A DNA stretch of 64,000 nucleotides from Patescibacteria group bacterium (lineage in GTDB: Bacteria > Patescibacteriota > Dojkabacteria > J137): the NCBI GenBank assembly GCA_963169855.1, contig CAUJCN010000002.1, positions 133,508 to 197,507 on the forward strand. The letters run 5' to 3'. Of the stretch, positions 9,643-19,085 are shown piece by piece. Below the pieces are notes generated by a model. The model did not search any database. It was not told where the DNA came from and was given only the letters and a program-made list of their open reading frames with translations. The position numbers and the translations under genes are program-made. Within the stretch, counting starts at the first letter, position 1, and each line of letters begins with the position of its first letter.

Positions 9643-11403
9643 CTACATTGCTTTCTGTATAGCGGATTCTACTTCAGACAAGCCTTTCTGCCAGAAAGAT
9701 GCATGAGAAATATCTAGCCCTGCTTGCTTAAAAATTTGAAGAGGAGATTGTGATCTTCCTGCTCTCATAAAATCTTTCACCTTTTCAATATTTTTTGAAT
9801 CAGCCCTGACCAAAGATTGCAAAGCCTTTGAAATCAGCAATCCAGAGGAATACGAATAAACATAGAAAAAACTTCGAATATGACTCCAATAAACCCACCA
9901 GTTCTCTGCCCCTGTATTCATCTTTACAGCATCGCCCATATAACTCTTCATATGCTTCAAAAAGATTTCTCCTATTTCTTTGGTTGATAAGAAACCCTTT
10001 TCTCTGAATGTTTTATGCAGCTCAGTTTCAAAGTTGTAGCAAGCTACTTGTCTAAAGATAGTAGAAATCTCATCATTTAATCTTTCCATTGCTAGAAGAC
10101 GTTTTTCCTGAGGCTTTAATCCTTTTTCCACTTCTTCTAAAACGAAATCCTCCATGAATGTACTTGCAACTTCCGCAGTTGCTAATGATGCTCCAAAATT
10201 GACTGAATTTTGAGCCCTAGCCAGTGTAAAATGGATCCCATGCCCAACTTCGTGTGCTAGTGTTAGAACATCATTAAGCCGGTCTGTATAGTTCATTAAA
10301 ATGAAAATTGGGTCTTTGTTGTTTAACGCCGAGCAGTAAGCTCCGCTTCTTTTCCCAGTTTTAGGATAAAAATCTACTTGTTCATTATTAATAAAATCGA
10401 AGTAGATACTTTTGAATTCTGAATCTAAGTTTCCCAAAGTCTTTCCGACTAAATCAACCCCTTCTTCAATTGTATATTTCTTTTCTACATCGCCAACTGG
10501 AACATTTCGCTCATGGTAATCAAGTTGCTTAACTCCTAAATATTTTGCTTTCAGCCTGTAATACTCTTGGGCCAGATGAAAGTTAGAAGTCACAGTTTGA
10601 ACTAGTGCGTCTACTACATAAGATTCAATATCATCAGACATATGTCTTTGACTATCAGGTCTATCGAACCCTCTCAGCTTGTCTGTATTGAACTTATCCT
10701 CAAGAATTGAATTCAATTCGTAGGTAGCAGCTTCTGAGTGTTTTTTGTTAATTTTATGAACTAACTTAGCTGCGGAATCTCTTTCAACTTTATCTGTGCT
10801 GTTAATTTTAGACATAATTTCGGAGAATGGAACAACTTCAGATTTACCTTTAGAATTTGTAACTTTGCCTTTTTCTTTTGCAATGAAATCAGAAACCATC
10901 TGAACCCAGTTACTTTTCGAAGTCTTGGATTTTATATTCATAATCTTTTCTTGGTCCTCTGTTAACCAGTGTTTTGCATTGTTATATGCCATTTCCAAGA
11001 AGTGCTTATACTCCGAAAGTAAAACACTTTCCAGCATAGCTTTCTGATTCGCTACAGGAGTTTTTGCAACTTTAAGATTGAAGAATTCAACTTGATTGTA
11101 TAAATCGATAGCTTTTACATGTAGCTTATTAATCCTAGCTTTGATTTCGGTATTTTCTTGCTCTAAATCCTCCCATAATCCTAAGTACTGACTTTCTCTA
11201 GCGTAAAAATCGTAATCAGTTGTTAAAACGCAGTATTCATCCAAGGCTTCTTTAAGAACTTTATCCGAAGTTTGAAAATCATCTCTAACTGACCATTTTT
11301 TTATAAAAGCTTCAGTCTTCATTAGAACTTCAGATTCGTATTCTGCAATATACTTTTCTTCATCTTTGAAAAGTTTAGAAAGATTCCATTTTGTTTTAAT
11401 CAT
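9643..11403 (-). CDS. pepF: Oligoendopeptidase F (peptidase family M3B)
   Basis: The HEVGHGIH zinc motif, the DFYPKTGKRSGAYCS motif and the overall ~590 aa length match PepF. Confidence 0.8.
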   Translation of the reverse strand: MIKTKWNLSKLFKDEEKYIAEYESEVLMKTEAFIKKWSVRDDFQTSDKVLKEALDEYCVLTTDYDFYARESQYLGLWEDLEQENTEIKARINKLHVKAIDLYNQVEFFNLKVAKTPVANQKAMLESVLLSEYKHFLEMAYNNAKHWLTEDQEKIMNIKSKTSKSNWVQMVSDFIAKEKGKVTNSKGKSEVVPFSEIMSKINSTDKVERDSAAKLVHKINKKHSEAATYELNSILEDKFNTDKLRGFDRPDSQRHMSDDIESYVVDALVQTVTSNFHLAQEYYRLKAKYLGVKQLDYHERNVPVGDVEKKYTIEEGVDLVGKTLGNLDSEFKSIYFDFINNEQVDFYPKTGKRSGAYCSALNNKDPIFILMNYTDRLNDVLTLAHEVGHGIHFTLARAQNSVNFGASLATAEVASTFMEDFVLEEVEKGLKPQEKRLLAMERLNDEISTIFRQVACYNFETELHKTFREKGFLSTKEIGEIFLKHMKSYMGDAVKMNTGAENWWVYWSHIRSFFYVYSYSSGLLISKALQSLVRADSKNIEKVKDFMRAGRSQSPLQIFKQAGLDISHASFWQKGLSEVESAIQKAM

Positions 11404-11669
11404 ACTTTTAATATAACTTCGTAAGCACCCTTTTGGCCATTAAAGTAACCAGCTTCCGAAAACTCCTTTACCAATCTGTGAGTCTTCAGTAGCTTTGCCA
11501 CTAATGGTTTAACCATCTTACCAGTGCCTGTAATAATTAATAAAGCTTTATTTCCACTAACATGCTCATCCTCCAAGTATTCGTTCAAAATCTTTTCTAC
11601 ATCGAAATGATCCAATATTCCAAACTCATGAAAATCCAATTTTGACTGGTATAGAAATTTTAATCTCAT
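11400..11669 (-). CDS. Smr (small MutS-related) domain protein
   Basis: LDFHEFGILD…ALLIITGTG…NGQKGAYEV resembles the Smr domain pattern (LDLHG…vIhGkG…GGdGa). The stop overlaps the pepF start by 4 nt. Confidence 0.5.
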   Translation of the reverse strand: MRLKFLYQSKLDFHEFGILDHFDVEKILNEYLEDEHVSGNKALLIITGTGKMVKPLVAKLLKTHRLVKEFSEAGYFNGQKGAYEVILKV

Positions 11670-11754
11670 TTTTTTATTTTAGCAAAAATGTTGTTGAAAC
11701 ATACTTTTTTGACATTGTTAGCTGACAAAAACAGATTACATGTTATAATTCGGC

Positions 11755-12849
11755 ATGTACAGAGAAGCTGTAAGAACATTTCCAAAGGACTATTCGGAGA
11801 CTAATGTCAGAAGAATAGTGGGTGCAATAGACATCTCACGCTCGCTGACAGTCTTCGCACCTCAAGGTTATGGCAAAAGCGTCTTAGCTAGATATCTAGT
11901 ATATAACAGTCGCTTCAAAAGAAAATACAGTAAAATGAGAAATATCCACATGGTTTACGTAAATCTCACTGAACTGTCTGCCGAAGCATTCGATGAGATT
12001 ACAATTAACAACATTCAGCCAGAAAATAACAAACAACGTAGATTCTTAGAAATTTTGGCAAAGAGCATATTTAATTCCTATACAGAACTTTCTCAAACGC
12101 AGCTACAAGAAAAATTAAGACCTATTGTCGAAAATGCTGATTATAAAAATGAATTCTACAGAATCTTTGAGAGCTTCTTAAACAATGTTAAATACAAAAC
12201 AGTATTCTTTGTTCTTGATGGAATGGAATCTATAGCTGGAAAACGGTTCGAAGCTCAAAGAGAGTTTTTAAGTACATTGCGAGAGCAGCAAATCCCAAGA
12301 ATCGAATATATTTTCTTCATGGGAGATTTAGAATTCTTGGCGAATATTCATCGAGAACAATGGGGAAGCCTAGCCAACATAATTGCCTCTAAAATTCTTT
12401 TGATGAAGATGCCCGAAACAGCAGAGTCTATTTTGCCAATGCATTTTGACCAGAGTCGGTTCAGATTCAATTTCTTTACGAAACGAACATCTGCCTTTAG
12501 AGAAAGACTGAAGCTTATCAGGAAAATAACGGGAGGTTATCCACCATACTTTAAGTATTTGTTCAAACTAAGAAGTACTCGTGAACTAGAGACTGCAGTC
12601 CTAAGCAGGGAATTGCACTCAGTTTCTCAGAGCCTTTACGATTCTCTAAACTCTGAACATAGAGAACTCCTTATTCAATTACTTTCAGGAGAAAGAATTA
12701 GCCAGTCATCCCAAGCAGCAATTGAATTAATTGCACTTGGAATTTTGATTCCCCACGGGAAAGAGATAGGTATGTTCTCGGCAATTTTTGAACACTTCAT
12801 TAGAAACGAAGTGAAAAAACTACACCAGAATTCCCAACAGCCTCAATAG
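11755..12849 (+). CDS. Degenerate P-loop NTPase (AAA+/STAND-like) with a C-terminal helical domain
   Basis: It has a Walker A-like FAPQGYGKS and a Walker B-like VFFVLDGME. It is divergent from the Smr-pepF-922aa operon. Confidence 0.45.
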   Translation: MYREAVRTFPKDYSETNVRRIVGAIDISRSLTVFAPQGYGKSVLARYLVYNSRFKRKYSKMRNIHMVYVNLTELSAEAFDEITINNIQPENNKQRRFLEILAKSIFNSYTELSQTQLQEKLRPIVENADYKNEFYRIFESFLNNVKYKTVFFVLDGMESIAGKRFEAQREFLSTLREQQIPRIEYIFFMGDLEFLANIHREQWGSLANIIASKILLMKMPETAESILPMHFDQSRFRFNFFTKRTSAFRERLKLIRKITGGYPPYFKYLFKLRSTRELETAVLSRELHSVSQSLYDSLNSEHRELLIQLLSGERISQSSQAAIELIALGILIPHGKEIGMFSAIFEHFIRNEVKKLHQNSQQPQ

Positions 12850-14193
12850 GTTTATTGAAATAATTGACATCAGAATCAATACTGCAACCACAACAACCTT
12901 TCTTATTATCTTTTTCCATTTAGTTTCAAAGAATTGAAACTCACTTCTTATCAAGAAAGGTTCAACTTTATCACTTTCGGTTAGGACGAACAAGAAAATT
13001 AGGCTCATGTAAATTCCCAACGGTACAAATAAGCTTGTTACAGCTATTGTCACTAAAACAAGAATATTCAATATCGAGTTCAAGCTTAAAGCCGATTTCA
13101 GTTTACCTCCATTAATAGCTTCTCTTCTGAACAAGTAGAAGAAAATAGATAAGTATCCTGTCAAGCCTAAGAGTCCAAAAGAACTAATAATTCCAAACAG
13201 AGTCGAACTAGTTTTAACCGATGGTAATACACCTCTTCCTGCTATTATTTGCATAAAGTCCTGACCATCAAGATCACCAAAATTCGAGAAATATGTAATT
13301 AACTGCTTTAGAGCATTAAATTCAACTTTCGTAGATAATAGTACAAAAAGCAGAACTACTAAGCTAACTACTCCAGATACAACATACAGCTGAAGCACCT
13401 TATTATTTAAAAACTCTGCTTTAAAATTCTTCAATCCAACTCTTTTAATTGCTCTTAGTACCAATACATAAAAGAATAAAACTAAAACAAAAGTCAGAAT
13501 AATTAGGAGTTCTGGAGAAACTGATCTGAAAAGGAGAGCTGCAGTTACTAAAAAGACCATCACATTTACAACTCGAACTTTAAAATCAGCGACCTTTAAA
13601 GCAAAGAGAAAGTTAGCAAAGATAGTTGCAAAAGCTAATCCGCCAGCTAAGTAAAGGGATGAGGTATCTCTAGGAGTCCACAAAGTGTAGTTTATTATTA
13701 ATCCGAATAGAATTGAAATGTTCGAAACTACAGCAACTACTGGAAGGTTTCTTTTAAGTCTACTTCCAATATTAAACAGATTTATAAAGTAGAAGGCCAT
13801 CACAAAAAGAATCGCTGCAAGTCCAGAAATGGTTCTTGCTCCAATTAATCCGAATGTATTAGCAGAAGTTCCTGGAGATGTAGCAACCGAAGGAATAATT
13901 ATTAACAATGCAAAGATAAGAACGTTCAAAAAACCTGCAGGATCCAGGAAAAGATTTCTTCCTTTGTACAGAAACAATCCAACAAACGCACCAACAGTCA
14001 GTAACACAGCACATGCAAAAATCCCAAATGCCAGTTCTTCGTTGTATAAATTAGCCGAGGTAACAAACATCAACGGAGTTAGAAATAAAATTGAAGTTAA
14101 TAAACCTCTTCCCATACGAAAAAGAGTTTTAATAACATTTGGTTTTTCGACTTTAATAATTCTGTCGTTGAATTTTAACTGGATTGCTTGCAT
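12820..14193 (-). CDS. Polytopic membrane protein, O-antigen ligase/polymerase (Wzy_C)-like
   Basis: There are about 12 hydrophobic segments with a periplasmic loop pattern. The call rests on weak similarity only. Confidence 0.4.
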   Translation of the reverse strand: MQAIQLKFNDRIIKVEKPNVIKTLFRMGRGLLTSILFLTPLMFVTSANLYNEELAFGIFACAVLLTVGAFVGLFLYKGRNLFLDPAGFLNVLIFALLIIIPSVATSPGTSANTFGLIGARTISGLAAILFVMAFYFINLFNIGSRLKRNLPVVAVVSNISILFGLIINYTLWTPRDTSSLYLAGGLAFATIFANFLFALKVADFKVRVVNVMVFLVTAALLFRSVSPELLIILTFVLVLFFYVLVLRAIKRVGLKNFKAEFLNNKVLQLYVVSGVVSLVVLLFVLLSTKVEFNALKQLITYFSNFGDLDGQDFMQIIAGRGVLPSVKTSSTLFGIISSFGLLGLTGYLSIFFYLFRREAINGGKLKSALSLNSILNILVLVTIAVTSLFVPLGIYMSLIFLFVLTESDKVEPFLIRSEFQFFETKWKKIIRKVVVVAVLILMSIISINLLRLLGILV

Positions 14194-14207
14194 ATAGATT
14201 ATTAAAT

Positions 14208-15242
14208 TTAATTACTTATCCCTTGAAGGATATTACCAAATACACCTCCTGAAACAACAACTATTGCCAGGATGACAAACAAAGCTAGATGAAAATGGCT
14301 TAAGCTTTTTCCGTTTCCAACTATATTTGTCTTGTATATTAAGAATAAATCTCCTAAAAAGATCATTATAACTAATACTACAAATATGAGGTTAATATTA
14401 CTTTTTAAATCTATAGAAATTCCTGAAGTCTGCAAGTCTTCGATATCTCTTCCTTCGTACCTAATTACAACGTTAGATGGAGCAACAACGGTATTTGGAT
14501 CAGGAGAAGAGAATACTAAACTATTGTTTCCTTGAATTAAATTGTTTACTGGTATTTTAAAACTACTATCCATTAAGTTGTAGTTTGTTACAATCCCATT
14601 TAAATCAACAGTAAAGTTTGCTTCCGAGTTACTAACTCCGTCTAAATCAAGAGGGAGTGAAGTTACTACTTCCCCATCAATAGGGCTTAGTATGTTTATT
14701 CTATTTGTATTCATTACTGCTCCACTTTTGGGAGTTCCAAAGTGTGCTACAACAATTGTATTTCCTTCTCTCCCCTGGTAGTTTCCAGAAATAATTCCAA
14801 AACCAACTTCAGTGAACTCGGTTCTCATAATGTTTTCCTTATGAGTTTTGCTATTCATCCAAGCAGTCATTGCCGTATTTGAATTTGCAAAACCTTCCGC
14901 AAGATTTTCACCTGCAAATACATATTGATAACCAGATTCAGAGAAAAACTCCCAAGGAGATTTTCCATCAGGGCAGTAGTGGTCCCAACAGTTGGAATTC
15001 AACATAGCTAACGCCTTGCTTTCTGCAGATAAATTGAGCGATTCATTAAGTCTAAGACTACCTAAACCACCTTCAGCTCTGACTTGATTATGTTCTTTAA
15101 GTAACTGATCTATTGTAAGTGCTGTATTATCAGCTTTTACTGGGATAAAAACGTTAAACGCAAAAATAAAAATTGTTACGAGAAGAAGTATCCCTCTTCT
15201 AAATTTGTTATGATTCTCTACGATGTTACTCGAATGTATCAT
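14208..15242 (-). CDS. Secreted CAP/SCP/PR-1 domain protein with an N-terminal signal anchor and a C-terminal TM helix
   Basis: LKEHNQVRAEGGL…YVFAGENLAEGF…WMNSKTHKENIMRTEFTEVGFG matches the CAP domain signatures (HN.R, GEN, HxxN). Confidence 0.65.
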   Translation of the reverse strand: MIHSSNIVENHNKFRRGILLLVTIFIFAFNVFIPVKADNTALTIDQLLKEHNQVRAEGGLGSLRLNESLNLSAESKALAMLNSNCWDHYCPDGKSPWEFFSESGYQYVFAGENLAEGFANSNTAMTAWMNSKTHKENIMRTEFTEVGFGIISGNYQGREGNTIVVAHFGTPKSGAVMNTNRINILSPIDGEVVTSLPLDLDGVSNSEANFTVDLNGIVTNYNLMDSSFKIPVNNLIQGNNSLVFSSPDPNTVVAPSNVVIRYEGRDIEDLQTSGISIDLKSNINLIFVVLVIMIFLGDLFLIYKTNIVGNGKSLSHFHLALFVILAIVVVSGGVFGNILQGISN

Positions 15243-15291
15243 TTTCGTAAAAGATTTATGATATATTTAACTTATTCAGTATATTATTTAC

Positions 15292-16110
15292 ATGAGATTT
15301 AGTAAACGTTTTTTGACAATAGCACTTTATTCTCTAGGAGTAACCGGTGCAATCTACATATCCATAACGAGATTGGTGCGTGAAGGAAATTCATCTGTTT
15401 TTGTCATTTTTGCTCTTTTAGCTCTGTTCATCTTTGTTTCTGAAATTTTTATTGACTATGTCTACAAGAATAAAAAACTCGAAATTAACTTTGATATTAA
15501 CGACGAAGTTAATGAAGCCAGCGAAGTTTTGAACAAAATACTCTTGCCGTTTCTACTATTTATTGCATTGTTTGGTTATACATACTTCAACTTTTCAGCA
15601 AGATTTGTATTTATTGTATACGCAATTATTTATGTATCTTTCTTAATGCTATTCTTGAACATTAAGGCATTTTTTGAACTTGACGTAAAAACTCAGAAGA
15701 ATACTAATTTGGTTTATGATTTAATAAAGTTTGTGACCTTCTTTTGCTTTGTCGATACTATACTCAATTTATTTAATGCAGGTACAATTTCCAGTGTAGC
15801 TTATGTGATTCTATACCTGGCTCTTTTTGTTATCTTGAGTTATCTGTTCTTAATTAGATACGTTAAGGAAAACCAGCAAATTAGAAGATTTTTGTGGATT
15901 CAGTTTTTTGCGGGGTTGTTCTCGTTAACAATCATCTTTTTACTTGGGAACTACTCACCCCTACTCTTATCTTTATCAGCATTCTTTGTTTTCTACTCCT
16001 CTTTAGCTGTAATTCACCACATAGTAGACAACACTTTGTCGAAATGGGTTGTGTTTGAATATGCCCTAGTATTAGTTATGGCACTCAGCGTTTTGATAGG
16101 TGTTGGATAG
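15292..16110 (+). CDS. Hypothetical integral membrane protein
   Basis: An ORF with about 8 hydrophobic helices. Confidence 0.4.
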   Translation: MRFSKRFLTIALYSLGVTGAIYISITRLVREGNSSVFVIFALLALFIFVSEIFIDYVYKNKKLEINFDINDEVNEASEVLNKILLPFLLFIALFGYTYFNFSARFVFIVYAIIYVSFLMLFLNIKAFFELDVKTQKNTNLVYDLIKFVTFFCFVDTILNLFNAGTISSVAYVILYLALFVILSYLFLIRYVKENQQIRRFLWIQFFAGLFSLTIIFLLGNYSPLLLSLSAFFVFYSSLAVIHHIVDNTLSKWVVFEYALVLVMALSVLIGVG

Positions 16111-16147
16111 CCTTAAATCCGTTTCCTTGATATAATTCCAAGTCTAC

Positions 16148-16218
16148 TCGGGGATCGTCTAGTGGTAGGACTACAGTTTCTGGAACTGTCGACTGGGGTT
16201 CGAATCCCTGTCCCCGAA
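16148..16218 (+). tRNA. tRNA-Gln (anticodon CUG), no encoded CCA
   Basis: The cloverleaf was folded by hand from the + strand. The acceptor stem UCGGGGA/UCCCCGA has a U1-A72 pair. The D-arm is GUCU/GGAC, the anticodon stem ACAGU/ACUGU with loop UUCUGGA, and the T-arm GGGG-UUCGAAU-CCC. Position 37 is G, which is unusual for Gln. Confidence 0.75.
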
Positions 16219-16284
16219 ATAGTTCAAGTTTAAGTCTCCAGTTCAAGTTCTTAAACTTACACCTAAACATAAACTTACACTACC

Positions 16285-17532
16285 TCATCTAAATCTCTGA
16301 AGCTTTACTGATTTCTCCCCTCCTTGGCTTACTTTGATCAAAGTTGCAACAGAAATTAAAGAAATAACCGTACTACTACCTCCATACGAAATGAAAGGAA
16401 GTGTGATTCCTCCAAAAGGAATAACTGCAAGATTGGCGGCAATGTTCAGGAACGCTTGCGAAGCAATTCCAGTCGTGATTCCTGTTGCCAAAATGTTATC
16501 GAACTTACTGGTCGTGCTTTTAGCTATCGTATATCCTTGAGAAATAAATACCATGAATAAAACCATCACACTAACAGAGCCAACTAAACCAAATTCTTCA
16601 CCAACAATTGCGAAAATAGAGTCTGTGTAGGCCGCTTCTTGCAAGAAGAATAATTTCTGCCTAGATTCTCCGTAACCCAAACCGAAAATACCTCCTGAAC
16701 CAATACCAACTAACCCATTCCAGACTTGAAAACCTTCATCTGCTTTTGCTGCGTTTGACGGTTCACCATCTACAAGAATTTGCACAAATGCATTAACTCT
16801 TTCTCTTCTGTATTCAACGCCAACTAAAGCAAAGATACTTGCGATAATTCCCATTAGAGTTACAACCACAATCGCAGTTTTTTGATACTTTTTATCCACA
16901 CCTATATAGTAAGCAGCAATGAAACCCACATAAATAATTACTATTGTGTCAAAGTCTTTCTGTAACAAAATTAAAAGCGAACCCAGCAAAACGACGACGA
17001 CAGGGAATAGCAGGTAAATAAAGTTTAAAAGTTTGTATGTGTATTCTCTATCTCTATAGTTCTTAAGGAATTGCTCAATGCTTTTCTGGGTTGAAGAACT
17101 CATCGTAAGCCAAGCTGCCGTAAAGATAATTATTCCGAATTTAAAAAGCTCACTGGGCTGAAGGTCAAACAACCCTAAATCGATCCATCTTGTAGCTCCA
17201 TTTAAAGTATTTACAAGAGGCATATCAATATTAAATAGCGCTTTGGGGAGAGTATAAACAATCAGTAGAAGAGAAAACCCTGTAAAAATGTAACCTAGCT
17301 TTCTTAACCCTTCGTACTTAATCTTAATAAAATAGTAACCAACTAAACAACCTAGAATGATCCATATACCTTGTCTCTTAAAGTAGTAAAACAAGTCACC
17401 ATCTCTATACACATATGCTAACGAAGAACTTGCGCTGTAAATCATCAGAAGTCCAAAAACAAGAAGAATTGCAACAACTATTACAAGCCCTAGATAACTT
17501 TTAGGTTTTTCTTTATTTGCGTAAACATCCAT
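16285..17532 (-). CDS. SEDS family peptidoglycan glycosyltransferase (FtsW/RodA)
   Basis: The N-terminus LGLVIVVAILLVFGLLMIYSASS and the ~10 TM topology are typical of FtsW/RodA/SpoVE. Confidence 0.8.
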   Translation of the reverse strand: MDVYANKEKPKSYLGLVIVVAILLVFGLLMIYSASSSLAYVYRDGDLFYYFKRQGIWIILGCLVGYYFIKIKYEGLRKLGYIFTGFSLLLIVYTLPKALFNIDMPLVNTLNGATRWIDLGLFDLQPSELFKFGIIIFTAAWLTMSSSTQKSIEQFLKNYRDREYTYKLLNFIYLLFPVVVVLLGSLLILLQKDFDTIVIIYVGFIAAYYIGVDKKYQKTAIVVVTLMGIIASIFALVGVEYRRERVNAFVQILVDGEPSNAAKADEGFQVWNGLVGIGSGGIFGLGYGESRQKLFFLQEAAYTDSIFAIVGEEFGLVGSVSVMVLFMVFISQGYTIAKSTTSKFDNILATGITTGIASQAFLNIAANLAVIPFGGITLPFISYGGSSTVISLISVATLIKVSQGGEKSVKLQRFR

Positions 17533-17606
17533 AAAAACATTCTACAATATACACCTAATTGATTGATATTACTGTATAATTTGTATATTAAATTGACTAC
17601 TGTACT

Positions 17607-19019
17607 ATGAGAAAGTTCTTTAATTTATTGTTGATTATTCTAGGAATTCTAGCATTTGCTGGATTTACAATTTTCATTCTTCTTTACGCGCAGGGAAAGA
17701 CATTTGATGGATCAACTGGATTCACAGAAACCGGGATTGTAAGAATCAATTCGAATCCTAAGGATGTAGAAGTGTATGTAAATGGTGAAAAAAGACCTAT
17801 GGTTGAAAGCAAAATTGATAATCTTAAGCCAGGAAAAGTGAATTTCACTTTAAGAAAAGATGGTTATTATGATTGGAGCAAAGAAATACTTGTAGAAGCA
17901 GGAATTTTAAAAGACTTATTTGCTCAAATGATTCCAACTACAATTGAACTATCTGAAGTTACAAACGACGAAATCACGCAGATTCTACCTTCCAACTTAA
18001 GCGATTACATTTACTACATTAGTCTCGAAAACGGAACTAGTGAACTAAAAAAGATCAAAATTAGAAGAGATTTCTTGGATTTCGCAGAACCATCAGCAGT
18101 TAGAATTAAAGCTTTATCCAATATCGAACTCGAAGTTCTTACCATGAGTGAAATTCTAAAGGTTTCGCCAAACAACTCATTACTTCTTTTTAGTAACAAT
18201 CCTAGAAGTTTAACTGGAACTATAAATCTAGATAACGGAGAAATCACATATATTACAGACTTACCTACAAAAGTGAATACAACAATTAGTTGGTTGAATG
18301 GATCGAATTCGATTTTAGTCACTTCTTCGGGGAATCTTAACTATGAATATACATTAGCTCCAAAGGTTTCTACTATCATTGCTTTTGAGCCATTAGCTAT
18401 TTACGAATCAGTTAATTTTGCTATTTATAAAACTGCAGCGGGAGTTTCTTTATACGAAAATCAAAGGACATTACCTCTTACGACAAGCACATCAATTAAC
18501 GGTGTATTGCTTGCTAGCTCTAATATTATTCCAAATCGAACTACAACTAAGATCTTTGCTGTTCAAGATGCAGAGAAACATATAACGCTATTCGATTTAG
18601 ATCGAAATTTAACTTTAAAATCTAACTTAACTGGAGATATTATCTTCTCGTCTTCGGATGCTACACATTTTGTTGTAGAAAAAGATGGCGGTGTATTTTC
18701 AATAGGTTTTGAATATTCAATTGCTACTAGCACATACAAATTATCTGAAGGAGTATTACTGAAAGATCAAGCAATTAGTAGCACAGACGTTATTACTTAC
18801 GAATTCTACAACAACAATAAGAATCTGCTTTACACAGCAAAATCCAATATTTTCACATCTGATATAGATGGTGGAAATTTTAGAGAAATCTCTATCCCAG
18901 AAGGTTATAGCGTTTTGGAAGCAAGCATTACAGCAGACAACCAATTCATCTACACAATTCTTAAGGATAACGAAACTCAAGCAATCAAGATTTACAAAAT
19001 CAGTATTGTTTTGAAATAA
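17607..19019 (+). CDS. PEGA domain-containing secreted/membrane-anchored protein
   Basis: An N-terminal TM anchor is followed by PKDVEVYVNGEKRP…LKPGKVNFTLRKDGYYDW (PEGA-like) and then a long beta-rich region. Confidence 0.5.
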   Translation: MRKFFNLLLIILGILAFAGFTIFILLYAQGKTFDGSTGFTETGIVRINSNPKDVEVYVNGEKRPMVESKIDNLKPGKVNFTLRKDGYYDWSKEILVEAGILKDLFAQMIPTTIELSEVTNDEITQILPSNLSDYIYYISLENGTSELKKIKIRRDFLDFAEPSAVRIKALSNIELEVLTMSEILKVSPNNSLLLFSNNPRSLTGTINLDNGEITYITDLPTKVNTTISWLNGSNSILVTSSGNLNYEYTLAPKVSTIIAFEPLAIYESVNFAIYKTAAGVSLYENQRTLPLTTSTSINGVLLASSNIIPNRTTTKIFAVQDAEKHITLFDLDRNLTLKSNLTGDIIFSSSDATHFVVEKDGGVFSIGFEYSIATSTYKLSEGVLLKDQAISSTDVITYEFYNNNKNLLYTAKSNIFTSDIDGGNFREISIPEGYSVLEASITADNQFIYTILKDNETQAIKIYKISIVLK

Positions 19020-19037
19020 GACAAAGTAAGCAAAAGA

Positions 19038-19066
19038 AAAAGCTAGGAGTATTTCTAGCTTTTTTA
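19038..19066. terminator. Bidirectional rho-independent terminator between convergent genes
   Basis: AGCTAG-GAGTATTTC-CTAGCT followed by TTTTT. An A-tract lies on the other side. Confidence 0.6.
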
Positions 19067-19085
19067 TATTCGAAATTAGAGTTTC

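Noticed and set aside
16085-16270. 61-aa minus-strand ORF
   Set aside because: It lies entirely over the tRNA-Gln gene, so it is spurious.
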